A DNA stretch of 64,000 bases from a virus. The stretch covers positions 13,757-77,756 of IMG/VR virus record IMGVR_UViG_3300042923_000241. One strand, 5' to 3'. Of the stretch, positions 1-9,387 are shown piece after piece. The translations under genes and the position numbers were made by a program. Each line of letters starts with the position of its first letter. Within the stretch, counting starts at the first letter, position 1. The notes below the pieces were generated by a model. That model was given only the letters and a program-made list of their open reading frames with translations, searched no databases and had not been told where the DNA came from.

Positions 1-48
1 AACAATTCAAGCGAGAAATTCAATCCACTTGCGGAATCCCTACTTATA

Positions 49-336
49 TTGCGGGAGAGTGAAAAAATGGACGAACAGACATTAAAATATCTGAAAGAGA
101 AAGCGGATAAAGGACAAAGGTTACAGTCACAAATCAAGCAACTAACCGACTTTGTTGTCAGAACACCTACATGTTCTTGTGCGAAAGTTTTAATTAGAAT
201 GAACGGAACTTGCAACTGGCATTGCTTGGATAATATTTTTGGTGAAGAAGAGACTTATCGTATTGTCGTTGAATCGCTAACAGAATCAACTAACAAGAAA
301 CTCGAAGAACTCAAAGCGGAATTTGAAAGATTGTAG
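49..336 (+). CDS. hypothetical phage protein
   Basis: ORF in the rightward gene train; probable start at 67 after a GGGAG RBS. Confidence 0.6.
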   Translation: MRESEKMDEQTLKYLKEKADKGQRLQSQIKQLTDFVVRTPTCSCAKVLIRMNGTCNWHCLDNIFGEEETYRIVVESLTESTNKKLEELKAEFERL

Positions 337-347
337 GAGGAAATATC

Positions 348-518
348 ATGCCCATTATTGACCAAAGCCGTAGGTGTTCGTTTTGTAAGAAATGGCAAGG
401 ACAAATCAAACAACTTATTGCTGGCCCTGATTGCTTTATTTGCGATGAATGTGTTGATTTGTGCGGCGAAATTCTTAAAGATGCCAAGAAAGATGCGGAG
501 GAAAGCAACAATGCCTAA
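348..518 (+). CDS. stand-alone ClpX-type C4 zinc-finger protein (56 aa; below the ORF-track cutoff)
   Basis: AGGAGG RBS; hand translation [56 protein letters not shown] matches the ClpX N-domain pattern CSFC...LIAGP...ICDECVDLC. Confidence 0.85.
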   Translation: MPIIDQSRRCSFCKKWQGQIKQLIAGPDCFICDECVDLCGEILKDAKKDAEESNNA

Positions 519-747
519 CCTATCCGACTTCACAACAGACGAGTTGATTGCAGAAATCAACGAACGCGAAGAAATGCATAAAGTCCTTGACAGCGTTGGT
601 GTCGATTCGCTGATTGAAGCGATTGACGAGAAGACCGGACTACAAGAATATAGCGTCAGACAAGGTTACAAATATGCTGTCTGCACCGAACACGGCGATG
701 TTATCACCGATACCGACAAAGCACGAATTCTGATTATCGAGGATTAG
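511..747 (+). CDS. hypothetical phage protein
   Basis: GGAGG RBS before ATG 511 (MPNLSDFTT...); the 5' extension in the track overlaps the 348-518 gene. Confidence 0.65.
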   Translation: MPNLSDFTTDELIAEINEREEMHKVLDSVGVDSLIEAIDEKTGLQEYSVRQGYKYAVCTEHGDVITDTDKARILIIED

Positions 748-880
748 CCTAGAATCGTTTTACAACTTCCCCGCTTGTCATTCTACCTAAACTGCTATTA
801 AAAGTGCTTGTGGCTCAACGTAGAGCGTCAGGCGGGGATTGTTGCGACCTAAAAGGTGTCTGAAAGAAGCAAAAGGAGAG

Positions 881-1276
881 ATGAAAATGAATGAAACGAT
901 TAACGGTGTCAAAGAAGCAGTAACAGGTTTAATGCCTTATCTTGAAAAGGCAGCAGAAAAGTTAGGCACAACGGCACAATATTTGTGGGCATTACAATTA
1001 AAACAAGCGTATGTATTGTTTTGGACAAACATTGTGTATATCATTCTGACTTGTTTTGGATGGTTTATTTTCTACAAGGGAGCAAAAAAACTCACCAAAA
1101 CGCAAGACAAAGATTTAGTGATGGGTCTTTTCATATTTCTAGTTTCACTAGGTATAGCATTAACGGCTTCAACTCTTGTACACCTGTCAAGCATTAACGA
1201 ATATATGACAATGCTATTTAATCCCGAATATTGGGCATTAAGCGAAGTCGTAAAACTGCTTAGAGGTGGCAAATGA
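881..1276 (+). CDS. membrane protein (2 TM segments)
   Basis: AGGAG RBS; two hydrophobic stretches. Confidence 0.65.
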   Translation: MKMNETINGVKEAVTGLMPYLEKAAEKLGTTAQYLWALQLKQAYVLFWTNIVYIILTCFGWFIFYKGAKKLTKTQDKDLVMGLFIFLVSLGIALTASTLVHLSSINEYMTMLFNPEYWALSEVVKLLRGGK

Positions 1277-1415
1277 TTCACCCCTACTACCTAAAATCGA
1301 ATTATTATGCAATCTTATCGGCTATTTTCAATCCAAAACTAACAGTCAATTCTGCGATTGATGAGTTTTTCGACAGGCGGTATAAGACGGAAAAGGAAAC
1401 TCAGGGAGGTACAAA

Positions 1416-1928
1416 ATGAACATCGCCGACATTCTGCCAAAACTTAAACCTGCAAAGCGCGGGGAAAGCGATAAGTACAGTTGGAATCTGTGGCGGTATC
1501 TTAACGAACACAGAAACGTCCGAATTTGTTGGTATAGCAAATCGATAATTGACGGAACTCCAAGTCCGTTCGACCCTACAAAATCATTGCACTCGATGCA
1601 GACTTACGTCTTAATCGGCGATAACGGTACAATTGGAAACAGAACCTACAACATTATAAGCAAAGGCGAGTACGGACTTTTTGAAAATTACAGCTTTTCT
1701 CAGTGGGATATAGATAAATTCATTGACATTACCGAATGGTTTTTCAAAGAATACCTACGAATCGGACGTTGCATTTTTGACAGAAATCATTGTGGTTGGT
1801 GGCAAGGTGCAGACGGAAGATTTACGCAGATTAACCGTAATTCTCGCAAGTGCAATTGGTGCGGTCAACATCAGCGAAGACGGATTGAGAAGGTTGTTAA
1901 GGTGGAAAGACGGGTTCGGTGGGAGTGA
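1416..1928 (+). CDS. hypothetical protein with C-terminal CxxC
   Basis: GGGAGG RBS; 170 aa ORF. Confidence 0.65.
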   Translation: MNIADILPKLKPAKRGESDKYSWNLWRYLNEHRNVRICWYSKSIIDGTPSPFDPTKSLHSMQTYVLIGDNGTIGNRTYNIISKGEYGLFENYSFSQWDIDKFIDITEWFFKEYLRIGRCIFDRNHCGWWQGADGRFTQINRNSRKCNWCGQHQRRRIEKVVKVERRVRWE

Positions 1929-1939
1929 GTAAATTATAA

Positions 1940-2728
1940 ATGGAAATTGACTACATCAAACAAGGCAACTGTCTGGATTTAATGACGGAGTTGCCCGAAA
2001 AATCGATTGACATGATTCTTTGTGATTTACCATATGGAACGACGGTTAATAAATGGGACACCGTAATACCTCTCGATAAATTATGGGCGCAGTATGATCG
2101 GGTTATAAAAATTAACGGCGCAATAGTGTTAACGGCGGCACAACCATTCACATCGACACTCATTGCAAGCAACCTTGAAATGTTTAGATATTCTTGGGTG
2201 TGGTTAAAAGAAAACGGAACAGGATTTATAAATGCACACCATCAACCGTTAAAAATATGCGAAGACATATGTGTATTTTCAAAAAGCAAATCTGTTCCGA
2301 GCGCAATACAGATAGTCACCTATAATCCGCAAGGGCTAGAAAGGTTGGGTAAAATAGTTAGACGAGGTAGCGCAGGAGAAAATTACAATAAAAAAACTGT
2401 TAAAAACGAGAACTTCCAAGAGTTTACTAATTACCCGACAAATTTATTGTACTTCCCTAGAGACAAACAAAAACTTCATCCAACTCAAAAACCGGTATCG
2501 TTGTTTGAATATCTTATCAGGACATACACTAATCAAAACGATTTGATACTTGATAATTGTATTGGCAGTGGCACAACTGCAGTTGCGGCAATTAACACGG
2601 AAAGGCATTATATCGGATTTGAGCTTGACCAATATTATTTTAATAATGCTAAAAACAGGGTACAAGAACATTTGTTTAACCGAACGATTAATTGTGAGAT
2701 TAATCAGGAACAGAACGGATTGTTTTAG
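1940..2728 (+). CDS. orphan DNA N6-A/N4-C methyltransferase (beta class)
   Basis: catalytic DLPYG precedes HPTQKP and the SAM-binding DNCIGSGTT motif. Confidence 0.92.
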   Translation: MEIDYIKQGNCLDLMTELPEKSIDMILCDLPYGTTVNKWDTVIPLDKLWAQYDRVIKINGAIVLTAAQPFTSTLIASNLEMFRYSWVWLKENGTGFINAHHQPLKICEDICVFSKSKSVPSAIQIVTYNPQGLERLGKIVRRGSAGENYNKKTVKNENFQEFTNYPTNLLYFPRDKQKLHPTQKPVSLFEYLIRTYTNQNDLILDNCIGSGTTAVAAINTERHYIGFELDQYYFNNAKNRVQEHLFNRTINCEINQEQNGLF

Positions 2729-2741
2729 GGAAGGTGGTTAA

Positions 2742-3536
2742 GTGCCTAACAGATTTATCAAAGAGTCAATTTGCACAAGCGAAAACCTAGACAGGTTAAC
2801 AGCCGAAGAAGAAGTGTTTTGCTATCGCTTAATTGTAAATTGTGATGACTTTGGACGATTTCATGCAGACCCAATATTGCTAAGATCGAGATTATTTCCA
2901 CGAAGAACAGAAAAAATCAAACCACAAGACATCGTGAAATGGTTATTTGCCTTATCAGAAACAGCAAAAATGATTGGTCTGTATAAAAACGGTGACAAAA
3001 TTTACCTGCAATTCATCAAATGGAGCGAACATCAACAAAAAAGAGCCAATACCAGTAAATTCCCTGCGCCAGACGACACAGAAAGTCAATTGATATCAAT
3101 TGATATCAACGGTAATCATTCGATAACAAATGTTTCCGTATTCGTATTCGATAACGATAAACGTATTCGTAATCGTAAAACGAATAACGAGTCCGAATAC
3201 AGTTGTGAGTTTGAAGAATTTTGGAAAGAGTACCCTAGGCAAGAAGCAAAGGCGACAACATACAAGCAATGGAATTTGAGAATCAAAAGTGGTGAATTAG
3301 TTATCGACATGATTAACGGCGCAAAATGCTATGCCGTTGACTGCAAAGGACGCGAACGCAAATTCATAAAATTACCTTCTACGTTCATTGGGCCGGACAA
3401 ACATTATAAAGATTATGTAAGAGGAGTGCCGAATGGAACCAATCAGCAACAGCCTGGACAGACTCAAAACAAAACTAAATATCAAGACGATGAGTACGCA
3501 GGATTCTTTGGAAGAAATGATCCGACTGATTCCTGA
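2742..3536 (+). CDS. phage replication initiator / replisome organiser
   Basis: N-terminal LIVNCDDFGRF, C-terminal FEEFWKEYPR...IKLPSTF; directly upstream of a DnaC-like ATPase. Confidence 0.8.
   Translation: MPNRFIKESICTSENLDRLTAEEEVFCYRLIVNCDDFGRFHADPILLRSRLFPRRTEKIKPQDIVKWLFALSETAKMIGLYKNGDKIYLQFIKWSEHQQKRANTSKFPAPDDTESQLISIDINGNHSITNVSVFVFDNDKRIRNRKTNNESEYSCEFEEFWKEYPRQEAKATTYKQWNLRIKSGELVIDMINGAKCYAVDCKGRERKFIKLPSTFIGPDKHYKDYVRGVPNGTNQQQPGQTQNKTKYQDDEYAGFFGRNDPTDS
3086..3190. repeat. putative replication origin (iteron-like repeats inside the initiator gene)
   Basis: tandem CAATTGATAT x2 followed by CGTATT/CGATAA/CGTAAT hexamers; lambda-like intragenic position. Confidence 0.5.
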
Positions 3537-4323
3537 AATTTCCAAGATGCCAACACATGCCTTTGATGATGACTACCTGCGGATTTGGCAAGTATACGAA
3601 CGGCGTAAAGAATGTCTCAATTGTAAAAAGCAAGGCGATGAGTTAGAAAACTGTGTCAGTTTTCAAGTTGATTATGACGAGCAAAAACAATCACTCGCCA
3701 TATCCTGCAAGCGATGTGAAAAGCAAGAAACGCACTTTGCGAGTAAATACGTTGAAAAGATGCTCGGTCAGTCAATGTTAAGCAAACGATTCTTTGACCG
3801 GACATTTGAAACATTCAAAGTGGACAAGCAGAATCAAGTTGCTTATAAAAAATGCCTTGCGTATGCTGAAACTTTCAAGAATCACTTAAAAGGTGAAGGT
3901 TTAATTTTGATTGGCGGTTACGGTACAGGCAAAACTCACTTAGCAATTGCCGTACTGCACAGAGTCCTAGAAAGTGGCATTGTTGGCGTTTTCTCTACTG
4001 TGCCTGAGTTGTTAGCTGAGATCAGAAAAAACTTCAACGAAGGCGCAACGGATAACGAGTTAATCAAGTTAATCAAGACAACGCCGTTCCTGATTTTCGA
4101 CGACATGGGAACAGAGAAGACAACTGATTGGGTACAGGAACAGCTTTTTATCATCGTTAATGCGAGATATGAAAATATGTTACCGACAGTCATTACGTCA
4201 AACTGCACAATTCAAGAACTCGAAACAAAGATTGGCGCACGAACAGTCAGCAGAATTATCGAAATGTGTGACGGAATTTTGCTTGACGGTGACGATTATC
4301 GAAAAAATAAGTTGAAAAAATGA
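3433..4323 (+). CDS. DnaC/IstB-like AAA+ helicase loader
   Basis: Walker A GGYGTGKT, Walker B LIFDDMG, ARYENMLPTVITSN, DYR; N-terminal CxxC motifs. Confidence 0.92.
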   Translation: MEPISNSLDRLKTKLNIKTMSTQDSLEEMIRLIPEISKMPTHAFDDDYLRIWQVYERRKECLNCKKQGDELENCVSFQVDYDEQKQSLAISCKRCEKQETHFASKYVEKMLGQSMLSKRFFDRTFETFKVDKQNQVAYKKCLAYAETFKNHLKGEGLILIGGYGTGKTHLAIAVLHRVLESGIVGVFSTVPELLAEIRKNFNEGATDNELIKLIKTTPFLIFDDMGTEKTTDWVQEQLFIIVNARYENMLPTVITSNCTIQELETKIGARTVSRIIEMCDGILLDGDDYRKNKLKK

Positions 4324-4336
4324 AGGAAAAACCAAC

Positions 4337-4960
4337 ATGCAAGACAGATTAAATCAATTAATAGCGCAAGCAGCAGGCGGCGACGAAGATGCACTCAAAG
4401 AAGTCATTAACCATTATCGCGGTGCGGCAATTAAAAAATATCAACGCAATAATTGGACTTTTGACATGGACGACTATCTGAGTGCAGCCGCAGAAGGTGT
4501 TTGGGAAGGCGTTAAGACGCTAGACGCAAAGCGAATGGTTAACATCAACGCAAGAATTTGGTTGCATATCGTCGTTAGGGCAACAATCGGCAATTACATC
4601 AGAACAATGTCAACCATTAAGGCAAGAATAAATAGTTCGGCAATGAGATTAGATGCACCAACACTGCTAACAAAGTACGGCAGAAAAATTGACCAAAAAA
4701 TAACGGTTCTTGACACGTTATACGACAAACAAAATGCAGAAAATGCCATTATAGACGGCATGAACATTCAAGAAGTGTTAAGCGATTTTACTGCCAAGCT
4801 GAGTCGGTTTGAACGAGAAGTCCTATGTCTGCAAGATTTAGGATATGGACAAAAAGACACATCAGAAGTGTTGGGTGTAAATCCGAAAAAGATTGACAAC
4901 GCATTGACCAGAATCAGAAGAAAAGCCAATAAATTGCAGATTCGTGAACTGTTAGCGTAA
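4337..4960 (+). CDS. RNA polymerase sigma factor, SigH(Spo0H)-like
   Basis: region 2-like N-terminus (AAGGDEDAL...AEGVWEGV); region 4 LSRFEREVL...KKIDNALTRIRRK resembles SigH KSIDNALQRVKRK. Confidence 0.8.
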   Translation: MQDRLNQLIAQAAGGDEDALKEVINHYRGAAIKKYQRNNWTFDMDDYLSAAAEGVWEGVKTLDAKRMVNINARIWLHIVVRATIGNYIRTMSTIKARINSSAMRLDAPTLLTKYGRKIDQKITVLDTLYDKQNAENAIIDGMNIQEVLSDFTAKLSRFEREVLCLQDLGYGQKDTSEVLGVNPKKIDNALTRIRRKANKLQIRELLA

Positions 4961-4975
4961 TAAGGAGGTGCTAAT

Positions 4976-5428
4976 TTGGGCGGTTATTTTGGAATTGGGA
5001 TAGAGAACACGAAGGATTATCAAAACATCGGAACGCTTTACCGAAGTGCTTTTATTATGGGAGCATCGTTTATCTTCACCATAGGCAAGAGGTATCAAAA
5101 ACAGTGTTCAGACACAGTAAAGGCATGGAGAAATATTCCGCTTTACGCATACGAAACATTTGACGAGTTTTACAATGCAATGCCGTATGATTGCCGACTG
5201 ATTGGCGTTGAGTTGGACGAGCGTTCAAAGCCTATCGCAAAGTTTTCTCATCCGAAACGGTGCATATACCTGTTGGGTGCAGAAGATGTTGGCTTGTCTA
5301 AAGAAGCACTGAGTAAGTGCCACGAATTAGTGCAACTTCCTGGTGACTATTGTCTGAATGTGTCAGTTGCAGGAAGTATCGTTATGTATGACAGGCAAGC
5401 AAAACAAGCCAGCAAAATAGCGATATAA
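4976..5428 (+). CDS. SpoU/TrmH-family (SPOUT) RNA methyltransferase
   Basis: NIGTLYRSA, LLGAEDVGL and LNVSVAGSIVMYD motifs. Confidence 0.9.
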   Translation: MGGYFGIGIENTKDYQNIGTLYRSAFIMGASFIFTIGKRYQKQCSDTVKAWRNIPLYAYETFDEFYNAMPYDCRLIGVELDERSKPIAKFSHPKRCIYLLGAEDVGLSKEALSKCHELVQLPGDYCLNVSVAGSIVMYDRQAKQASKIAI

Positions 5429-5581
5429 GAATTTCGTCCAAAATTGCTACTAGATTCGTTTTTAATCTTTTCACAACAAACCTACCAAGAATCAGATTGA
5501 AACGCATGGCGGTATGGTTTTAGAAGAATCAGCATGGTTTAGAATGCTACTTTCAGTTATCAAATGGTGAGAAGGTGAGAA

Positions 5582-6382
5582 ATGTTAGTTGAAAATACGC
5601 TGTTTGGAGTTAGGGATAAAGTGCAGATTGCTATTGACCGAATAAAGCAGTTTGAGCCAGAAGACGGATATTATGTGGCGTTCTCAGGTGGCAAAGATTC
5701 CTGCGTAGTGCTAGACATAGTTAAAAGGGCAGGAGTAAAATTCGATGCTCACTATAATCTGACTACAGTTGACCCCCCCGAATTGATTTATTTTATTAGA
5801 GAAAATCATTCAGAAGTTGAAAAACACTTACCAAAATTAACAATGTGGCAATTGATACCGAAAAAGAAGATTCCTCCAACAAGAATAATGCGTTATTGCT
5901 GTGCTGTTCTTAAAGAGGGCGGGGGACATGGAAGGTTTGTCATTACAGGCGTAAGGTGGGCAGAAAGCGCAAAACGAGCGAAACGCAGAATGACAGAAAC
6001 TTGCATGACGGACAATTCTAAAAGGTTCTTACATCCCATTATTGATTGGTCAGATGAAGAAGTTTGGCAGTATATCAGAGAAAACAAACTGCCTTACTGT
6101 TCGTTATATGACGAAGGTCAAAAAAGAATAGGTTGCGTTATGTGCCCGATGGGCAACACAAAGGGAATGGAAGAAGACGCAAGGCGTTGGCCTAAAATCG
6201 CCGCAATGTACAAATGGGCGTGTAATAAAACATATGAACGGTTAGTTGAAGAAAATCCAGACAAAGAGCGCACGTGGAAATCAGGCGACGATATGTACAG
6301 TTGGTGGATAACCAATAAGGCAAGCGAGAAAGACAATGGCATGGTTGATATATTTGAAGATGGTCGAGTGGACTATGAATAA
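5582..6382 (+). CDS. PAPS-reductase-family (PP-loop) protein
   Basis: FSGGKDS, YCC..LKE, GVRWAES, PIIDWS, RIGCVMCP. Confidence 0.9.
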   Translation: MLVENTLFGVRDKVQIAIDRIKQFEPEDGYYVAFSGGKDSCVVLDIVKRAGVKFDAHYNLTTVDPPELIYFIRENHSEVEKHLPKLTMWQLIPKKKIPPTRIMRYCCAVLKEGGGHGRFVITGVRWAESAKRAKRRMTETCMTDNSKRFLHPIIDWSDEEVWQYIRENKLPYCSLYDEGQKRIGCVMCPMGNTKGMEEDARRWPKIAAMYKWACNKTYERLVEENPDKERTWKSGDDMYSWWITNKASEKDNGMVDIFEDGRVDYE

Positions 6383-6542
6383 CAAAAATAGTAGAGAAAC
6401 GCAAAACAAAAACACGGCATTGCCTAAATGCTCCTTTTGTTGGAAGTCGCCAAAAGATTCTTTAATAGCAAACAAAACGATGGAAGTTTTTATTTGCGCT
6501 GAGTGTATAGATGCTTGCAATCAGATTATTTCAAAAAAATGA
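6375..6542 (+). CDS. second stand-alone ClpX-type C4 zinc-finger protein
   Basis: CSFCWKSPKDSLIA...FICAECIDACNQII. Confidence 0.78.
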   Translation: MNNKNSRETQNKNTALPKCSFCWKSPKDSLIANKTMEVFICAECIDACNQIISKK

Positions 6543-6559
6543 AAGTGGAGGAATGAAAT

Positions 6560-6985
6560 ATGAATCAATGTCAATTCGTCGGAAGACTAACCGCAGACCC
6601 AGAAGTCCGATACACGAAGACAGGCAAAGCGGTCGCATCGTTTACCCTAGCTGTCAATCGTAATGCATATTCTTCACAGAGAGAGCCGAACGAAAAGGAA
6701 CCTGCCGACTTCGTCCCTATTGTGGCGTGGGAGAAGCTTGCTGAAATGACAGGTAACAACCTAGCAAAAGGCAGCCGTGTCTTTGTACAGGGCAGATTAC
6801 AGATTCGCTCATATGAGACTCAGGACGGACAGAAACGTCGAGTTAGCGAGATTGTGGCAGATATTATTGCGCCGAATTTTGAGATAGCTAAAGACAATAA
6901 CAGGCAACAACCGCCACAAGCTGATGCAAAAGCAGCGTTCGGCGGCAGAGAAGTGTTTCCGCCAGAAGAAGAAATCCCATTTTGA
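6560..6985 (+). CDS. ssb: single-stranded DNA-binding protein
   Basis: VGRLTADPEVRYT, GSRVFVQGRLQIRSY, acidic EEEIPF tail. Confidence 0.96.
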   Translation: MNQCQFVGRLTADPEVRYTKTGKAVASFTLAVNRNAYSSQREPNEKEPADFVPIVAWEKLAEMTGNNLAKGSRVFVQGRLQIRSYETQDGQKRRVSEIVADIIAPNFEIAKDNNRQQPPQADAKAAFGGREVFPPEEEIPF

Positions 6986-6996
6986 GGTGACAAAAC

Positions 6997-7599
6997 ATGG
7001 ACAACTTCACACAATCACCAGGCAACCAATTTTCCAGACTGAATCTGCTGCAACAGTTCATGGCAAATCACAAAGGCTTCATTGCCGGAGGTTGTTTCAA
7101 AAATCTATTCAGCAACGAAAGAATCAAAGACGTTGACATCTTTTTTGAAAACGAAATTGACTTTTTCAACGCAGTAAGATATTTCGACAACGATTCAGAT
7201 TATGTTAAACGCTACGAAAACAAAAAGGTTGTTGCCTACAAGAACACCAAAAACAACATCGTCATTGAGTTGATTCGTAGCGTGTTCGGAAGTCCTAAAG
7301 AGATAATTGACAAATTCGACTTCTCAATAACTAAGTTTGCCTATTACAAACAAGAGAATGGCGAATCAGTCAGTTATGAAGCTGTGTATCACGAAAAATT
7401 CTTTGAACATCTGCACTTAAAGCGGTTGGTGCTGAATAAACAAATATACTTTCCTGTATCAACTTTTGAGCGGTCTTTGCGATACACAAAATACGGATAC
7501 GGACTATGCAGAGAGAGTAAAGAAAATCTCATCAGTGCGATAAGAGAAACGCAGATTTTAGACGGAATCAGTAACAGTCTTTATGATGGAGTTGATTAG
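6997..7599 (+). CDS. phage nucleotidyltransferase-like protein (polyA polymerase/CCA head-like)
   Basis: FIAGG...KDVDIFF (GG + DxD), FDFSITK, KYGY. Confidence 0.6.
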   Translation: MDNFTQSPGNQFSRLNLLQQFMANHKGFIAGGCFKNLFSNERIKDVDIFFENEIDFFNAVRYFDNDSDYVKRYENKKVVAYKNTKNNIVIELIRSVFGSPKEIIDKFDFSITKFAYYKQENGESVSYEAVYHEKFFEHLHLKRLVLNKQIYFPVSTFERSLRYTKYGYGLCRESKENLISAIRETQILDGISNSLYDGVD

Positions 7600-8211
7600 C
7601 AATGAGTTGGCGTGAACACTCAAAATCAGTAATTCGTCAAGCCGTAACCGAACTGTCGCCGACAATTCCAGATGCTAACGAATTGTTTAAGCACATCAGC
7701 CTAAAATACTATCCTTTCGGCGAACGTGACTATCATCCGTACAAGCAATGGCTGAAAGTGCTTGCTGATGAGAAAAAGATTTATGTCTGGAAGAACAAGC
7801 CTAAAACTGAAACAGAAAATGTGAACGTGGGGATGTTTGAATAATTATGCAAGAAACAACTGCGACTTATAAACGATACTACTGCCCCGTATGCGGACAA
7901 GCGATTGTTGTAGTTCCTGATAATGCCAATGCAAGCGGAAACGCCTTCATCAGATGCGTCTGCATGACGGTACTTAGAATCGGACTAAAGCGCAAGAATG
8001 GCGAGGTTGTGTTTACGGTGTTGGGGAGGAAGTAACATGAACGACATAGACAAATGGAAACTTCGCGCACACCAAATAGCGGAGCAGCAAGGCAAACCAA
8101 TGCGGGTAGTTAGACATCCGAGAGGTGAATTTCAAATATCGGCAGACACGGGGAAACATCCTGTACCAGACTACCTTAATTATGTACAGGTATACTCCAC
8201 GAGGGAACAAG

Positions 8212-8844
8212 ATGCCAAAATTTAAAGACTTAACAAATATGAAGTTTGGAAAGTTAACCGTTTTGCGTCGAGCAGAAAACAAAAGTAAACTCACTAGGTG
8301 GGAGTGTATGTGCGATTGTGGAAACAAAACGACCGTTTATGCTATCGCGCTAATGAGGGGAGCAACAAAGGGTTGCGGTTGCCTTAGACACGAAACTAAG
8401 GCGCGGTATAGGCACGGCAAGACGTGCGACAAAATTCATGGTGTTTGGAATACGATGCTTCAAAGATGTTTTAATCCAAATATTGAAAAATATAAAAATT
8501 ATGGTGGTCGCGGCATTACGGTATGTGAAAGATGGTTGGATTTTGAAAACTTTTTATCAGATATGGGCGAACCGCCAAAAGGTTATTCTTTAGATAGAAT
8601 TGACAATTTTGGCAACTATGAACCAGATAATTGCAAGTGGTCAACACAAGAACAACAACAGAATAATAAGCGTAATAACATTATTATTGAATATAACGGC
8701 GAGGTTCATACATTAGCAGAATGGTCTACGAAACTTAATGTTAGATATGGCTCTCTTTGGAATCGCTATAAAAGAAAATGGAGCACAAAAGAAATGTTTG
8801 AAACACCACTTAAAACTTATTACAAGGGAGGATTGGCAAGGTGA
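8212..8844 (+). CDS. HNH homing endonuclease
   Basis: DLTNMKFGKL...CMCDCG, YGGRGITVCERW, SLDRIDNFGNYEPDNCKW. Confidence 0.88.
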   Translation: MPKFKDLTNMKFGKLTVLRRAENKSKLTRWECMCDCGNKTTVYAIALMRGATKGCGCLRHETKARYRHGKTCDKIHGVWNTMLQRCFNPNIEKYKNYGGRGITVCERWLDFENFLSDMGEPPKGYSLDRIDNFGNYEPDNCKWSTQEQQQNNKRNNIIIEYNGEVHTLAEWSTKLNVRYGSLWNRYKRKWSTKEMFETPLKTYYKGGLAR

Positions 8845-9102
8845 CTAATTGGGACAAAGCCTTAGAAGCGATTGACTTAGAATCGCAACTAGCAAAATGC
8901 GAAAATTGTCCTTGTTCGCAAGTTGCGGGTTGCATCAGTTGCGGTCATTATCACCACGATTGCGCCGACTCTGATTGTAGTACAAGCCATATTATACCGC
9001 CAGGAAAACTCAGATTATGTTCGGCAGATGACTGCGTTATGACAATGATTAAATTGCAACGAGAGAATGAGCAAATGAAAGCGGAATTGGGAGGGCTTAA
9101 CA

Positions 9103-9387
9103 ATGACAAAACTTTACGGCGCATCAGATGATTTAATTGAATTACATGGCGACTTATACGAAGAATTTGACCGCTACGACAGCGAAGGCGACTATCTGGC
9201 TTTCTCTGACGGAACAGTCGTTTTTATGTACTACGACGATAACGGAATTTGGAGAATCAGAGTTGACTTCAAAGGCGGTTTGTTTGATCGAAAAGAGGAA
9301 GGCGACATTGAAAGTGACACAAACGATGTTGTTTACTTCAAAGACGGTTTGAAGTGGTGTGTGATTGGGAAGGAGCTGGCAAAATGA
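9103..9387 (+). CDS. conserved phage hypothetical protein
   Basis: GGAGG RBS; YGASDDLIE motif. Confidence 0.6.
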   Translation: MTKLYGASDDLIELHGDLYEEFDRYDSEGDYLAFSDGTVVFMYYDDNGIWRIRVDFKGGLFDRKEEGDIESDTNDVVYFKDGLKWCVIGKELAK

